Shown here: in pieces, positions 31,483 through 45,129 of the stretch
Position numbering within the stretch: the stretch's first letter is position 1
Layout of the letters: every line of letters starts with the position of its first letter
NCBI GenBank assembly: GCA_017541665.1
Contig: JAFXYP010000069.1
Location: 27,945-91,944 of the forward strand
Direction of reading: 5' to 3'
DNA: 64,000 nucleotides
Origin: Lentisphaeria bacterium
GTDB lineage: Bacteria > Verrucomicrobiota > Lentisphaeria > Victivallales > UBA1829
Notes under the pieces: generated by a model
What the model was told of the DNA's origin: nothing
Databases searched by the model: none
What the model saw: the letters and a program-made list of their open reading frames with translations, nothing else
Position numbers and translations under genes: made by a program

Positions 31483-32367
31483 TTATCTGCAGAAAAGATT
31501 TTTCAGGAAGGAATAGAGGAGAAACTCACAGGAAAAAGACTGGAATGTGAGGAACAGAAGAAACGCCTTGATCCGTCCGAGTGACCTGTGTTTGACGGTA
31601 TAATTGATCCTTTCCCTGTTGATCATCCTGAGCTGGGCGAGCTGGCTGTATGAACCGGAGATGCTCTTCGAATGCAGATGCCGGTAGCTCAGGGTGTTGA
31701 TGATATAGTTCCTGTACTTCCGTTTCCTTGTCTTGTTGGCGAGGAAGCGTTCCTCGCAATACAGAAATGTCGAGTCGTCGAAGAAGTCCAATCCCTGGAA
31801 GAGGCTGTAGTTGACAAAAAGCAGGGAACCGGGGACGATCTCGGTCTCGTCATAGTCTGCGGAGCTTGCCGCGGTCGACGGCCTTTTGCTTTTGAGTTTG
31901 CGTAAAAGGATCGTGTTGTCCGTCAGGTCGTCCAGAAAGGATGGTATCTTCCTGCTGAAGAGGTATTCGTTTCCGGAACAATCCAGCTGTTTCGGAGCCG
32001 TGACGGCCTTGTCCGACGGAAGCTTCTCGTATTCCGCGACCAGTTTGTCAAAAAAGCATTCGTCATCCAGGTAGATATCGTTGTTCGCGATCATGACATA
32101 ATCGGGCGGCTGACTGCTCAGATACCGGAGCCCGTAGTTGTTCCCGCGGGCATAGCCTTCATTTCCCGGCGACAGGATGACCGTTACATCATCATATTTC
32201 GACAGTTCCTTTTTCAGGATCGCATAGGAATCGTTCGGAGAGGCATTGTCCACGACCAGACAGCTGACCGAGACCGTCGTATTCTGCTGCCGGTGCAGTT
32301 CGTCGCACAAATGGATCGTCGCATCATAGGTTTTATAGTTCAGGATGATGACCGCAATGCTTTTCAT
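31483..32367 (-). CDS. Glycosyltransferase family 2
   Basis: VIILNY, VVDNAS, N-GYARGNN-G, NND, FLYCEE. Confidence 0.88.
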   Translation of the reverse strand: MKSIAVIILNYKTYDATIHLCDELHRQQNTTVSVSCLVVDNASPNDSYAILKKELSKYDDVTVILSPGNEGYARGNNYGLRYLSSQPPDYVMIANNDIYLDDECFFDKLVAEYEKLPSDKAVTAPKQLDCSGNEYLFSRKIPSFLDDLTDNTILLRKLKSKRPSTAASSADYDETEIVPGSLLFVNYSLFQGLDFFDDSTFLYCEERFLANKTRKRKYRNYIINTLSYRHLHSKSISGSYSQLAQLRMINRERINYTVKHRSLGRIKAFLLFLTFQSFSCEFLLYSFLKNLFCR

Positions 32368-32371
32368 GGCT

Positions 32372-33862
32372 CTATTTTTTCAAAACCTGTCTTGCCTCGT
32401 TGATGGAGATCTGTCTGGCAAGGGCGAGGATGCAGATGTATGCTCCGCCCCACACCAGCAGGATCAGCATTCGCCGGAACAGCGCCTGCCATCCGGCATC
32501 CATCCTGATGAGGAAGAGCGGGATCAGGGTCGCCCCACCAAGGAGGATCGGGACAAATATGCTTTTGAACACCGCGAAGCTGTTGATGCGCAAGACATTC
32601 GGGACGTAGTAGAAATAATATGCGGCCAATTGTATGAAGATGTAGACGGAGTATCCCACGATGGCGGACCCCAGCCCGATGACGTTACACAGCATGATGT
32701 TGATCAGGATCGAAATGACGCATCCCGTCGCGGAGGACAGGATCAGCGGTTTGAGGTTTCCCGAGGCCAGCGTGAGGCTCGTGATCGGCGCATTGGGCAG
32801 CGTGACCAGCAGGATCAGGGTCCAGAAGATCATCCATTTGCTCAGATAGATATATTCCTTTCCGACATAAATCGTCAGAAGATCGGCGGCCGAATAGCAG
32901 ATCGCGCCGCAGATCAAAGTCATGATGACGCAGGAGTATTTGGTCCCCTTGTATGCCATTTCCCGGACGGCGTCCGTGTTGTTCTCGCTCAGATACTGGG
33001 AGGCTTTCGGCAGGAACATCGGAACAAGGATCGAGCCGATGGACAGGACGAAGACCATGAAGACTTCGATGAAACGGTATTCCGCGATCTCGCTTGTCGA
33101 GTTTTTGCAGAATATTCCCAGGATGATCGGCCTCGAGTGTGTCGCGAAGAGCTGGATGAACGACAGAACGAAAACATAGATGCTGTAGGTGAAGACGATC
33201 TTGAACTGCTTGAAGAAAAAACCCGGGAGGATCAGTTTGGAAATGGAGTATTTATAGCAGGAAGCAAGATAGATCAGGAACGGCACGCAATAGGAGAGGG
33301 CATACAGGGCGAAATAGGTTTTGATGCTTGCGTTTGACAGGTAAGCTATGCCGAGCGCCAGCAGCTGGAATGCTGCTTTCGGGATTTCGGCGATCTGGAT
33401 GATGTATATTTTCTCGGCGGCGATGAGGTGTTGCTGGTATACGGCTCCGATCCAGACGAAATAGATCGGAACGATCATGGTCGCCAGGAAGCATCTCAGC
33501 AAAGCGAAGTCGGCATCCGTGATCCTGAAAAAATGCCTTCCGAAGAAGATGATGACCACATAGACCAGGACATTGACCGTGGCGATGCACAAATAAAACG
33601 TGACGTTGGTCCGGGAGACCTGGTCCAGCAGCGTGAAATCCCGTTCTTTCCTCCATTGTGCGAAAAACTTGATGCTTCCGGTATTCAACCCGAGGTCCAT
33701 CATGTGCAGGAAGGCATTGATGCTCATGACCAGGGTTATGATGCCGTAATCATTCTTCCCGTACAGGTCCAAAATGACCGGAGTCGCAAGAAAGGCGATC
33801 GCGGAGTTGACGACTTTCCCGACGATGCTCCAGAAAACTGACCAGAAATAATAGGACTTCAT
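32372..33862 (-). CDS. wzx: Wzx-like oligosaccharide flippase
   Basis: Multi-TM 496-aa protein, TP-IL--YG--DYG and DLGL motifs. Confidence 0.8.
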   Translation of the reverse strand: MKSYYFWSVFWSIVGKVVNSAIAFLATPVILDLYGKNDYGIITLVMSINAFLHMMDLGLNTGSIKFFAQWRKERDFTLLDQVSRTNVTFYLCIATVNVLVYVVIIFFGRHFFRITDADFALLRCFLATMIVPIYFVWIGAVYQQHLIAAEKIYIIQIAEIPKAAFQLLALGIAYLSNASIKTYFALYALSYCVPFLIYLASCYKYSISKLILPGFFFKQFKIVFTYSIYVFVLSFIQLFATHSRPIILGIFCKNSTSEIAEYRFIEVFMVFVLSIGSILVPMFLPKASQYLSENNTDAVREMAYKGTKYSCVIMTLICGAICYSAADLLTIYVGKEYIYLSKWMIFWTLILLVTLPNAPITSLTLASGNLKPLILSSATGCVISILINIMLCNVIGLGSAIVGYSVYIFIQLAAYYFYYVPNVLRINSFAVFKSIFVPILLGGATLIPLFLIRMDAGWQALFRRMLILLVWGGAYICILALARQISINEARQVLKK

Positions 33863-33945
33863 GAACTTGTTCTTTTCGATCGGGCCCGGCCGTGCGTCTC
33901 ATCGCGCGGAGGCTGCCGGTCTTTGGTCCGGGGGGCGGTCCCCTG

Positions 33946-35142
33946 TCATTCGAACAGCCGGCGGTATCTGGCGATGCAGCCGAAGGTGTTTTTCAATCCC
34001 TTGGCCGGATTGTAGTGCATCATCAGCCGGAAGAGGTGCATCTTTCTTATCCTGAATAAACCGAAGGTCATAAGCTGGATCCCCAGAATCCGGTATCCCA
34101 CGGCGCATCTTCTCCGGTGCTGTGTCGGCTGTATCTTCGACAGGCTGTCGATGTCCAGGTTTTCCGTCACGATCGCGTTCTGTTCGACGGCTTCGCGGAT
34201 CAGCCTGTCCGCCGTTTCCGTCCTGACGAGGACAAAACTCTTGCCCGGCCGTTCCGTGAAATCGGGATAGCCGTTTGCCGTTTGCCAGGCGTCTCCGACC
34301 GCGATGTCGCCATGCAGTCCCACCCCGTCCGGGCAGATCTTGCATCTGAAATGGATGTGCCTTCCCAGGACTTTGCCCCAGCTTGTCGCGTAATCCATTT
34401 TGATCGTTTTGTCGTTTCGGAACGATGCGGCGAAATATCCCGGCCAGCCGTTCCCCCTGTATTTCAGGGAGACCAGATCCGCCTCGGAGCAGTCATGCCG
34501 TGCGAAGATCTCCTTTGTCGCGTTGTAGCTGGGCATTCCCGCGCAGAAAATGGAAATGAAGAACCTGATCTTTCCGCCGTATTCCGGGTGCCCGTCCAGA
34601 TATCGTTTCATCACGAAGACATCGCATGGTTTCCCCACGAAGCAGAACGTGTCATCCGAATCGAGAAAATCCCTGATGTCGTGGAATGTCCTGGACGGAG
34701 CATATCTTGACGAACATCTTGACAACAGTTCCTGACGATTTCTTGACAGGACAAGTTTGTTCGACAGTGGATTGCCTTCCTCCTGCGCGACGTGCAGAAC
34801 CGCGCTCACATGTCCGGTTTTCAGCAGAAAAAGACAGAGCGATGTGACAACGCCGCCGGAGCTTGCGGCATGGCGGATTTCAGGATCCGTGGAATACGCG
34901 TTGAACGCTTTGATCCGTCTGCCCCAGATCGAACCGGAGCCGTCTCCTGAAAGATTGACGGACGGGCAGCAGTTCAGAATTTCCTTTTCGATTTGCGGAT
35001 CGCGTTCCCGGGGCAGGGACAGAGCGTAAAAACCGGTCTCCTCGGACAACGCCACCCTGTAGCCTTTCTCCTTTCCGATGGTTTCACATAAGCCGCAGCC
35101 CAGGCACAGCCGTTTTTCAGAAACTATGTTGAGTCTGTCCAT
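33946..35142 (-). CDS. FrhB/FdhB-like 4Fe-4S protein (second copy type)
   Basis: CLGCGLC, ASSGG, SRYAP, VGKPCD, FCAG-P, YRG-GWPG, RCKICPD, DI-VGDAW. Confidence 0.85.
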   Translation of the reverse strand: MDRLNIVSEKRLCLGCGLCETIGKEKGYRVALSEETGFYALSLPRERDPQIEKEILNCCPSVNLSGDGSGSIWGRRIKAFNAYSTDPEIRHAASSGGVVTSLCLFLLKTGHVSAVLHVAQEEGNPLSNKLVLSRNRQELLSRCSSRYAPSRTFHDIRDFLDSDDTFCFVGKPCDVFVMKRYLDGHPEYGGKIRFFISIFCAGMPSYNATKEIFARHDCSEADLVSLKYRGNGWPGYFAASFRNDKTIKMDYATSWGKVLGRHIHFRCKICPDGVGLHGDIAVGDAWQTANGYPDFTERPGKSFVLVRTETADRLIREAVEQNAIVTENLDIDSLSKIQPTQHRRRCAVGYRILGIQLMTFGLFRIRKMHLFRLMMHYNPAKGLKNTFGCIARYRRLFE

Positions 35143-36376
35143 GTCCGGTTTCCAGGTGCAGGGTGTCGCGCAGCAGTTCCGCCAGCGCATTCCGGATCGC
35201 GGTCCTGTTGTCCTTGACGATCCCGCCGTTCGTTTTCGCGATCTCGGATTTGATGGCGTCCCTGTTGAAGAAGCTGTCTCTGATTGTGCTCAGGATCTCT
35301 CCGGCCGAATCCGCCTTGAGGTCCGCAAAATGCTTTTTGCCGTAGCTCAGGGTGTCCAGAAACAGTCCGTTGAACTTTCTGCTGTACGACATCGGGACGA
35401 CCGGCACGCCGCTTGAAAACGCCGCGATGCACGCGTGCATCCTGGCGCCGGTGAAGAAATCCAGTCCCGAGATGAAACTCTTTGCTTCCGTCGCCGTCTC
35501 GAAATATGGAGCGACGAAAACTGCTTTGCCTTGATAGGCGACCGCGATCTCCTGTGCGACAAAATAATCGTTGTCCTGCGTTTTTTTCTTCCCGGGGACA
35601 TGCGCGACCAGATGGACGCTGACATCCTGCATTCCGGCAAAAAAGTCCATCACCTGTTTGATCGTCTCGCGATAATCGCTTTTCAGGGAAAACGACTCCT
35701 GCGGGCTGTTCCACAAAAGACCGGAAACGTTGATGCCGACATGAATCTTGTCGTGCGGGAAAACGTGCTGTGTGTATCCCAGGAAGAACGCGAGGTCGAT
35801 GAAGCTTTCGATCCGTTTTGTCGGCGCCAGTTCGTGTGCGACATCGCGGCTTTGCCGGTCCCGCACCATGACCGAGCAGGCGTTCTCCAGCGTTTTTTGC
35901 GCGGATGCCCTGATTCGCGGATCGTCGAACGGTCCGATCGTCTGCGGCAGGAAAACGTACGGTTTCCCGATCGAACGGAAAAAACGGATCGGTTCGTTGA
36001 CGATCTTGTACCGGAACGCGCCGTAAATGTCGCTGAAGCTGTCTCCGGCTCCGATGCAGAATACGATGTCGACCGAGAGTTTTCGAAAAAGATCCGGGAG
36101 ATGGCCGGGCCTCAGATCCTTTACGATCGACCTTACAATGTCTTTCGGGGTTGAAAGTATGGTCGGATAGATGTATTTGACGGTGTATGTGTGGTCCCGG
36201 ACCGTGATGTGCTCTTCCTCAAATCCTTCCTCGAAGTTCACCATGTAGAAAACCGGTTCGAACGATCCCGCGGATGCTTCGTCTATGAACTCCAGAAACG
36301 AGACGGTCAGCGCCTGCACGCCCAGGTTCCGGCTTCTCAGCGACATGCCCAGAAGCGCTATTCTGATCTTTTTCAT
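35117..36376 (-). CDS. Polysaccharide pyruvyl transferase family protein
   Basis: NLGVQAL, GDSFSDIYG, PQTIGPF, RD--S, GARMHACIAA-S-GVP. Confidence 0.88.
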   Translation of the reverse strand: MKKIRIALLGMSLRSRNLGVQALTVSFLEFIDEASAGSFEPVFYMVNFEEGFEEEHITVRDHTYTVKYIYPTILSTPKDIVRSIVKDLRPGHLPDLFRKLSVDIVFCIGAGDSFSDIYGAFRYKIVNEPIRFFRSIGKPYVFLPQTIGPFDDPRIRASAQKTLENACSVMVRDRQSRDVAHELAPTKRIESFIDLAFFLGYTQHVFPHDKIHVGINVSGLLWNSPQESFSLKSDYRETIKQVMDFFAGMQDVSVHLVAHVPGKKKTQDNDYFVAQEIAVAYQGKAVFVAPYFETATEAKSFISGLDFFTGARMHACIAAFSSGVPVVPMSYSRKFNGLFLDTLSYGKKHFADLKADSAGEILSTIRDSFFNRDAIKSEIAKTNGGIVKDNRTAIRNALAELLRDTLHLETGHGQTQHSF

Positions 36377-36484
36377 GCGATTCGGTTCGTCGTAATGCCT
36401 GCAGGACCCTTAAACATGCCCTGCCGGTTATGCGGTCCCGGCATCACCGCTTCCGGGTATTCCGCTGTGGCGCGCCGTACAGGC

Positions 36485-37132
36485 TCAGGTTATGTTGTGC
36501 TCTTTCCGGTACTGGATGATCTTTTCCGCGAAAGCGACCGGATCGTTCCGGAATTGATAATACTGCAGCAGAATATCGGGCGTCAAATCGTACCACCTGG
36601 ACAATTCCAGGCGGTCGATCTGTTCATCCGTGAACCGTTTCCGGATAATCCTGGCCGGATTCCCGGCGACGATGCTGTATGGCGGTACGTCTTTCGTCAC
36701 GACGGAGCCGGCGCCGATGACCGCGCCGTTGCCGATGCGCCTGCAATTGCATGTGATCTTGACTCCGGCTCCGATCCAGCAGTCATGCCCGATTTCAAGG
36801 GCATGCCGTTCCACGTCTTCGATCTTCACCTCTTTGTTCCATTTGCTCCCCCATTCCTTCCGGTAGAAATAGGGGGACATGGAAACACAGCCGAGCGGAT
36901 GGTTCGCGCCGAAATACATCACTCCGGGCCCGAAGGAGGAATACCGCCCGATTTTCACTTCTCCGCCGACGTTGAAGGTGGGGCTGAAGCAGCTCCCGTA
37001 GGTGAATAAACCGACCTCCACCTTGTATTTTTCGGCGGCCAGCCTCCTGAGCAGGGCCGAGGTCGCTTCCCCGCCCTGCCGGGCAATGATCCTCTGGTCG
37101 ATCCTGTTTTTCAGCAATCCAAAGATGTTCAT
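36485..37132 (-). CDS. CatB/Vat-like hexapeptide O-acetyltransferase
   Basis: [53 protein letters not shown]. Confidence 0.88.
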   Translation of the reverse strand: MNIFGLLKNRIDQRIIARQGGEATSALLRRLAAEKYKVEVGLFTYGSCFSPTFNVGGEVKIGRYSSFGPGVMYFGANHPLGCVSMSPYFYRKEWGSKWNKEVKIEDVERHALEIGHDCWIGAGVKITCNCRRIGNGAVIGAGSVVTKDVPPYSIVAGNPARIIRKRFTDEQIDRLELSRWYDLTPDILLQYYQFRNDPVAFAEKIIQYRKEHNIT

Positions 37133-37272
37133 GGCAATATAACCGTTCCGGCCTGAAATGAAGGCTTTTTCTCAATCGGACTCAAAACCGGTGGAAATCC
37201 GGCAGCCGCTCCGGCATTGGAAGCATCCGTATGGCTGCCCGTTTTCGTTTGAGCATGGACGAAACCGGAAAT

Positions 37273-37316
37273 CCGGGCATCCGCAGGCATTGCAGTGGAA
37301 AACCATCCGCTGCAAT
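37273..37316 (-). promoter_or_regulatory. Conserved leader element, copy 2 (candidate antitermination/ops-like site)
   Basis: 39/44 identical to 16878-16921; 140 nt upstream of the first gene of the ~20 kb operon. Confidence 0.6.
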
Positions 37317-37698
37317 CCTGCGCCGACCTGTTTGTTCGGCCTGATCGAAACCGCTTTGTTTCAGCTTAGGAACACGATACAAAACGGACTGTGTGCGAGT
37401 GCGAATCCGGTACGGACAAGGAATCCGTTCCGGTGTGCAGGGGTGAAACGATCTCTTCGGAACCGGAGGCAAAAAGGAAAGGTTTTACCCGGATGCGCAA
37501 TCCGCAAATGGAATGCCCCGGGAAGCCGGATGCGGATGAACCGATGCCGGAAGGCATCTTTTTGTGTTGTTGCGAGTTCATTTCGAGCATTTCGGCCTGA
37601 TTTCTTTTTTTGTTTCCGCTTCGGGCGGGCTCCGCGAGACCTTGTTCCATCAAGTGATCCACCCCCGTTTCGGGAGGGCGGACCGCTTTTACACTAAT

Positions 37699-37727
37699 AA
37701 TATAGCGCCACCTCTCATCGAATGCAA
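37699..37727 (-). promoter_or_regulatory. Sigma70-type promoter of the main polysaccharide operon
   Basis: Minus strand TTGCAT-17 nt-TATATT, giving a ~560-nt leader. Confidence 0.6.
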
Positions 37728-38023
37728 GTACAAAAAGCGAAAAGCTTTTTATTATTTTGTATGGGGCGATTGCAACGGCGGTTTGAAAAATGAAAAAACG
37801 GGCCGGAATCGGGCCGGGTGGAATAAAGAAAGAAAAGGGATCCGTGATCCCGCCAACGCAACGCGCCCGTGGAGTCATCCTCGTGTCCCTGCATGATTTC
37901 AGTCGGCACGAAAGAAGCGCTTTTTTGAAACACGTTTATTTTTGTTGCGATATTGCTATGAAGCGATGCACAATCCGTGCGGAGAAAAGCGTTGAAAACG
38001 GTGTCGAAATATGACTAAATGAA

Positions 38024-38063
38024 GTCAGCCGCCGAAGCTTCAAAAAAAGCCAGGGCGGCTGAC
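38024..38063. repeat. Inverted repeat (possible terminator downstream of the GH2 gene)
   Basis: GTCAGCCGCC...GGCGGCTGAC perfect 10-bp arms. Confidence 0.45.
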
Positions 38064-38198
38064 ATTTGTAGGATGGTTCCCGCGATAATTCAACCGTCGC
38101 TTTCTTTTCTTTCACCCATGCCTTGCGTTTGGGATCTTTGTCCTTCGATGCCGTTGGCTTCGTCCGTCGTTTGACGTTTTCTCAACCAAACCGGGATC

Positions 38199-42762
<4,564 letters not shown>

Positions 42763-42811
42763 GGGTAGTCTTCCCTCAGTCACTGTGTTCGTTTTTCCTC
42801 GGATCCGGCTT

Positions 42812-43336
42812 TTATTCCGCCCGGAAAACGCGCCCGGGCTTGCGTTCGGGCGGCTTCGGCAGTTCGCAGTCCATGAACCCGACGGCGCAGTGTCCGATCC
42901 CTTCCCATTCGCCCTCGACCCCGAGATCCTTCAGGAGCTGCTTGTACTCGGGCATTTCGAATTCCTCCTTCGCGCGGTGGATCCAGATGCTGCCGAGCCC
43001 GAGCGAATGCGCCGCCAGCATCAGGTTGCCCATGACCAGGCTGCCGTCGTAGACGCGGTTCGGCCAGTTCTTTTTTGCCAGAACGATCAGGATGACGGGC
43101 GCGCCGTAGAAGGGATCGAAGTTTTCCCAGCCGCCGATCCTGCAGTTGTCGGCGGAAATCCGGTCGCGCAGTTCCCTGTTGGTCACCGCTACGATGATCG
43201 CCGACTGCTCGCCCCTCGCGCTGGCTGCGTAGAGCCCGGCCTCGATGATCTGCCCGATGTCGGATTCCGGGGGCATATCCGGCTTGAACTTGCGGATGCT
43301 CCGGCGCTCTACCATTGCCCTGATGATGTCGTTCAT
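42812..43336 (-). CDS. Nitroreductase family protein
   Basis: RRSIRKF, PFYGAP, NLMLAAHSLGLGS-WI. Confidence 0.9.
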   Translation of the reverse strand: MNDIIRAMVERRSIRKFKPDMPPESDIGQIIEAGLYAASARGEQSAIIVAVTNRELRDRISADNCRIGGWENFDPFYGAPVILIVLAKKNWPNRVYDGSLVMGNLMLAAHSLGLGSIWIHRAKEEFEMPEYKQLLKDLGVEGEWEGIGHCAVGFMDCELPKPPERKPGRVFRAE

Positions 43337-43381
43337 GTGGTGTCTCCTGTTGTTTGGTTCAGCTCCGTTTCGGAGTTCTGC

Positions 43382-44050
43382 TCATTCTATGGTGAACGTA
43401 TCCCTATTCAGTTCCACGCCCATCTTCCCGGCTATGTCGAACAGGCAATCCTCGTACTGGCTGCGGTCGATGGCTCCGTGGGACAGGAATCTGTCGAACA
43501 GGTCCTTCTGCCTGTTGAACTGGACGCGTTTCCGTTCGTCCGGCGACAGGGACTGCAAGTCGGTTTCCGAGGTGTCGTTCCGTTCGAGGTCACTCATTTC
43601 GTTCAGCAGGATCTGCAGCAGCTTCAATTCCCTGAGAAAAATCCCGTTCTTCATGCACCACGCGGTATGACCGGTATACATCCTTTCGTGGATCGTGTCG
43701 TATTTCAGCTGAAACAGGATGTCCGCAAAGAGTTCCTGCGGCGTGAATTTTCCCGATTCAAGGAACTTATGGAGCGGAGGCCGGGAAGCGGGCTTCAGCT
43801 CGAACCCAATCTTTTCCAGGAAGGTGTACTTGAACTTGCTGTATGTTTCATCGTACATCGGGTCGGAGAATTGAGCGGCACGGTTCTTTTCTTCATAGCC
43901 ATCATAGTCAACAATCCGGTCCTTTTCTCCGTCGTAGTATTGAAACTTGAACGTGCCGTTGACTCTTTCCTCGAAATAAGGGATGTAAGCAAAGAGTTCC
44001 TCCAAGGTTTCCCGAAAACCCTTTTGGGAAAATGTGTTATTCTTTTCCAT
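43382..44050 (-). CDS. Hypothetical protein
   Basis: 222-aa ORF co-oriented with neighbours and filling the gap; no motif recognised. Confidence 0.6.
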   Translation of the reverse strand: MEKNNTFSQKGFRETLEELFAYIPYFEERVNGTFKFQYYDGEKDRIVDYDGYEEKNRAAQFSDPMYDETYSKFKYTFLEKIGFELKPASRPPLHKFLESGKFTPQELFADILFQLKYDTIHERMYTGHTAWCMKNGIFLRELKLLQILLNEMSDLERNDTSETDLQSLSPDERKRVQFNRQKDLFDRFLSHGAIDRSQYEDCLFDIAGKMGVELNRDTFTIE

Positions 44051-44276
44051 GTGTTTGCCGTTGTTTGTGGTCAGTTGTTTTTCCCGGTCTGAATATACAC
44101 CGATATGCGCACGAAATCAAGCCTGATGCCGGGATTTACGCGCGGACAGTTTGAGGATGAGCTTATTGTGGACAGCCGGATTTGCATGAATGAGATGTCC
44201 CGTTATACAAAAAACAGGATGTCTGCCCGCTCTTCCTGGGAGACATCCTGAACGATCGATCTTGACTTTTTGAGGA

Positions 44277-44798
44277 TCAGAAATTGCTGCGGGTTCTGCC
44301 GAATCCGCTGTTGAAGCCCCTGCCGGCGCCCGGCATCCTTCCGAACTCATTGACGTTGCCCAGGTAGGGCGCGGGCATCATGCCGGGACCGCCCAGGTAG
44401 GGCGCGGGCATCATGCCGGGACCGCCCAGGTAGGGCGCGGGCATCATGCCGGGACCATTGAACCCCATTTCAGCATCATAATCCATCCCGAAGTCGTCGT
44501 AGAATGGTTCGACCGTTTCCATGGTGATTTCCGGGTAAAAGGTCCTGGCTTTTTCCTCTTTTGCTTTGCGGGCTTCGAGCCTCTGGGCGCGGCGTTCCGC
44601 TGCGGAGGTGCGTTTCGGTGAAGCCTCCTTGACTTCATACGCTTTTGCTGCGGCCTCTGTCCTGGATTGAAGGATGCGGACTGTGCCGAAAAGGACGGCG
44701 GGTGCAATGGCGAGAGCGACAGCCGCGACGACAGCTGCGTTCAGGAGCGGATTTGCCGGTTCCGCCTTTTTTGCGTGGGGATTGGTTTGATTTTTCAT
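44277..44798 (-). CDS. Membrane-anchored hypothetical protein with GPGMMPAPYLG repeats
   Basis: One hydrophobic helix, basic coiled region, three 11-aa repeats. Confidence 0.6.
   Translation of the reverse strand: MKNQTNPHAKKAEPANPLLNAAVVAAVALAIAPAVLFGTVRILQSRTEAAAKAYEVKEASPKRTSAAERRAQRLEARKAKEEKARTFYPEITMETVEPFYDDFGMDYDAEMGFNGPGMMPAPYLGGPGMMPAPYLGGPGMMPAPYLGNVNEFGRMPGAGRGFNSGFGRTRSNF
44358..44456. repeat. Perfect 3 x 33-bp tandem repeat
   Basis: GCCCAGGTAGGGCGCGGGCATCATGCCGGGACC at 44358, 44391 and 44424. Confidence 0.95.
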
Positions 44799-45031
44799 GG
44801 TGCCGGATAACCTCGTCAATAAATTTAATTTCTCCAAAGTGGAGGTTTTAGATTATTTAATTCATAAAGTAAAATAGCACGTCCGCAAAGAAAAATCAAG
44901 GGCGGGAAGAGAAAAAACGTGATTTTTTCCGGGGGTAGATCAGCGCCGCTGGGGGTGATCCCATATCCCTTGGCCTGGACTATCGCAGAAGTCATTTCCG
45001 TTGCTTTTTTTCCCGTTTGCGGCGATTCTGT

Positions 45032-45060
45032 TTGCTTTTTGGTTCGTGCGGCGATATAGT
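45032..45060 (+). promoter_or_regulatory. Sigma70-type promoter of the GH43 unit
   Basis: TTGCTT-17 nt-TATAGT. Confidence 0.45.
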
Positions 45061-45129
45061 ATGTTACATCTTTTTACATTCGGAAAAAGCGTTTCCGATG
45101 TCGCACCAACCCCGGGAAAGGCCGCAAAA

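Noticed and set aside
36377-36484. Possible third copy of the leader motif in the spacer between the acetyltransferase and pyruvyltransferase genes
   Set aside because: Only short partial matches (CCGGGTATTCCGC; AATGCCTGC on the opposite strand) without the hairpin
36485-37132. CatB/Vat-like gene as an antibiotic resistance determinant
   Set aside because: It is the first gene of a polysaccharide operon, so sugar O-acetylation is the simpler reading
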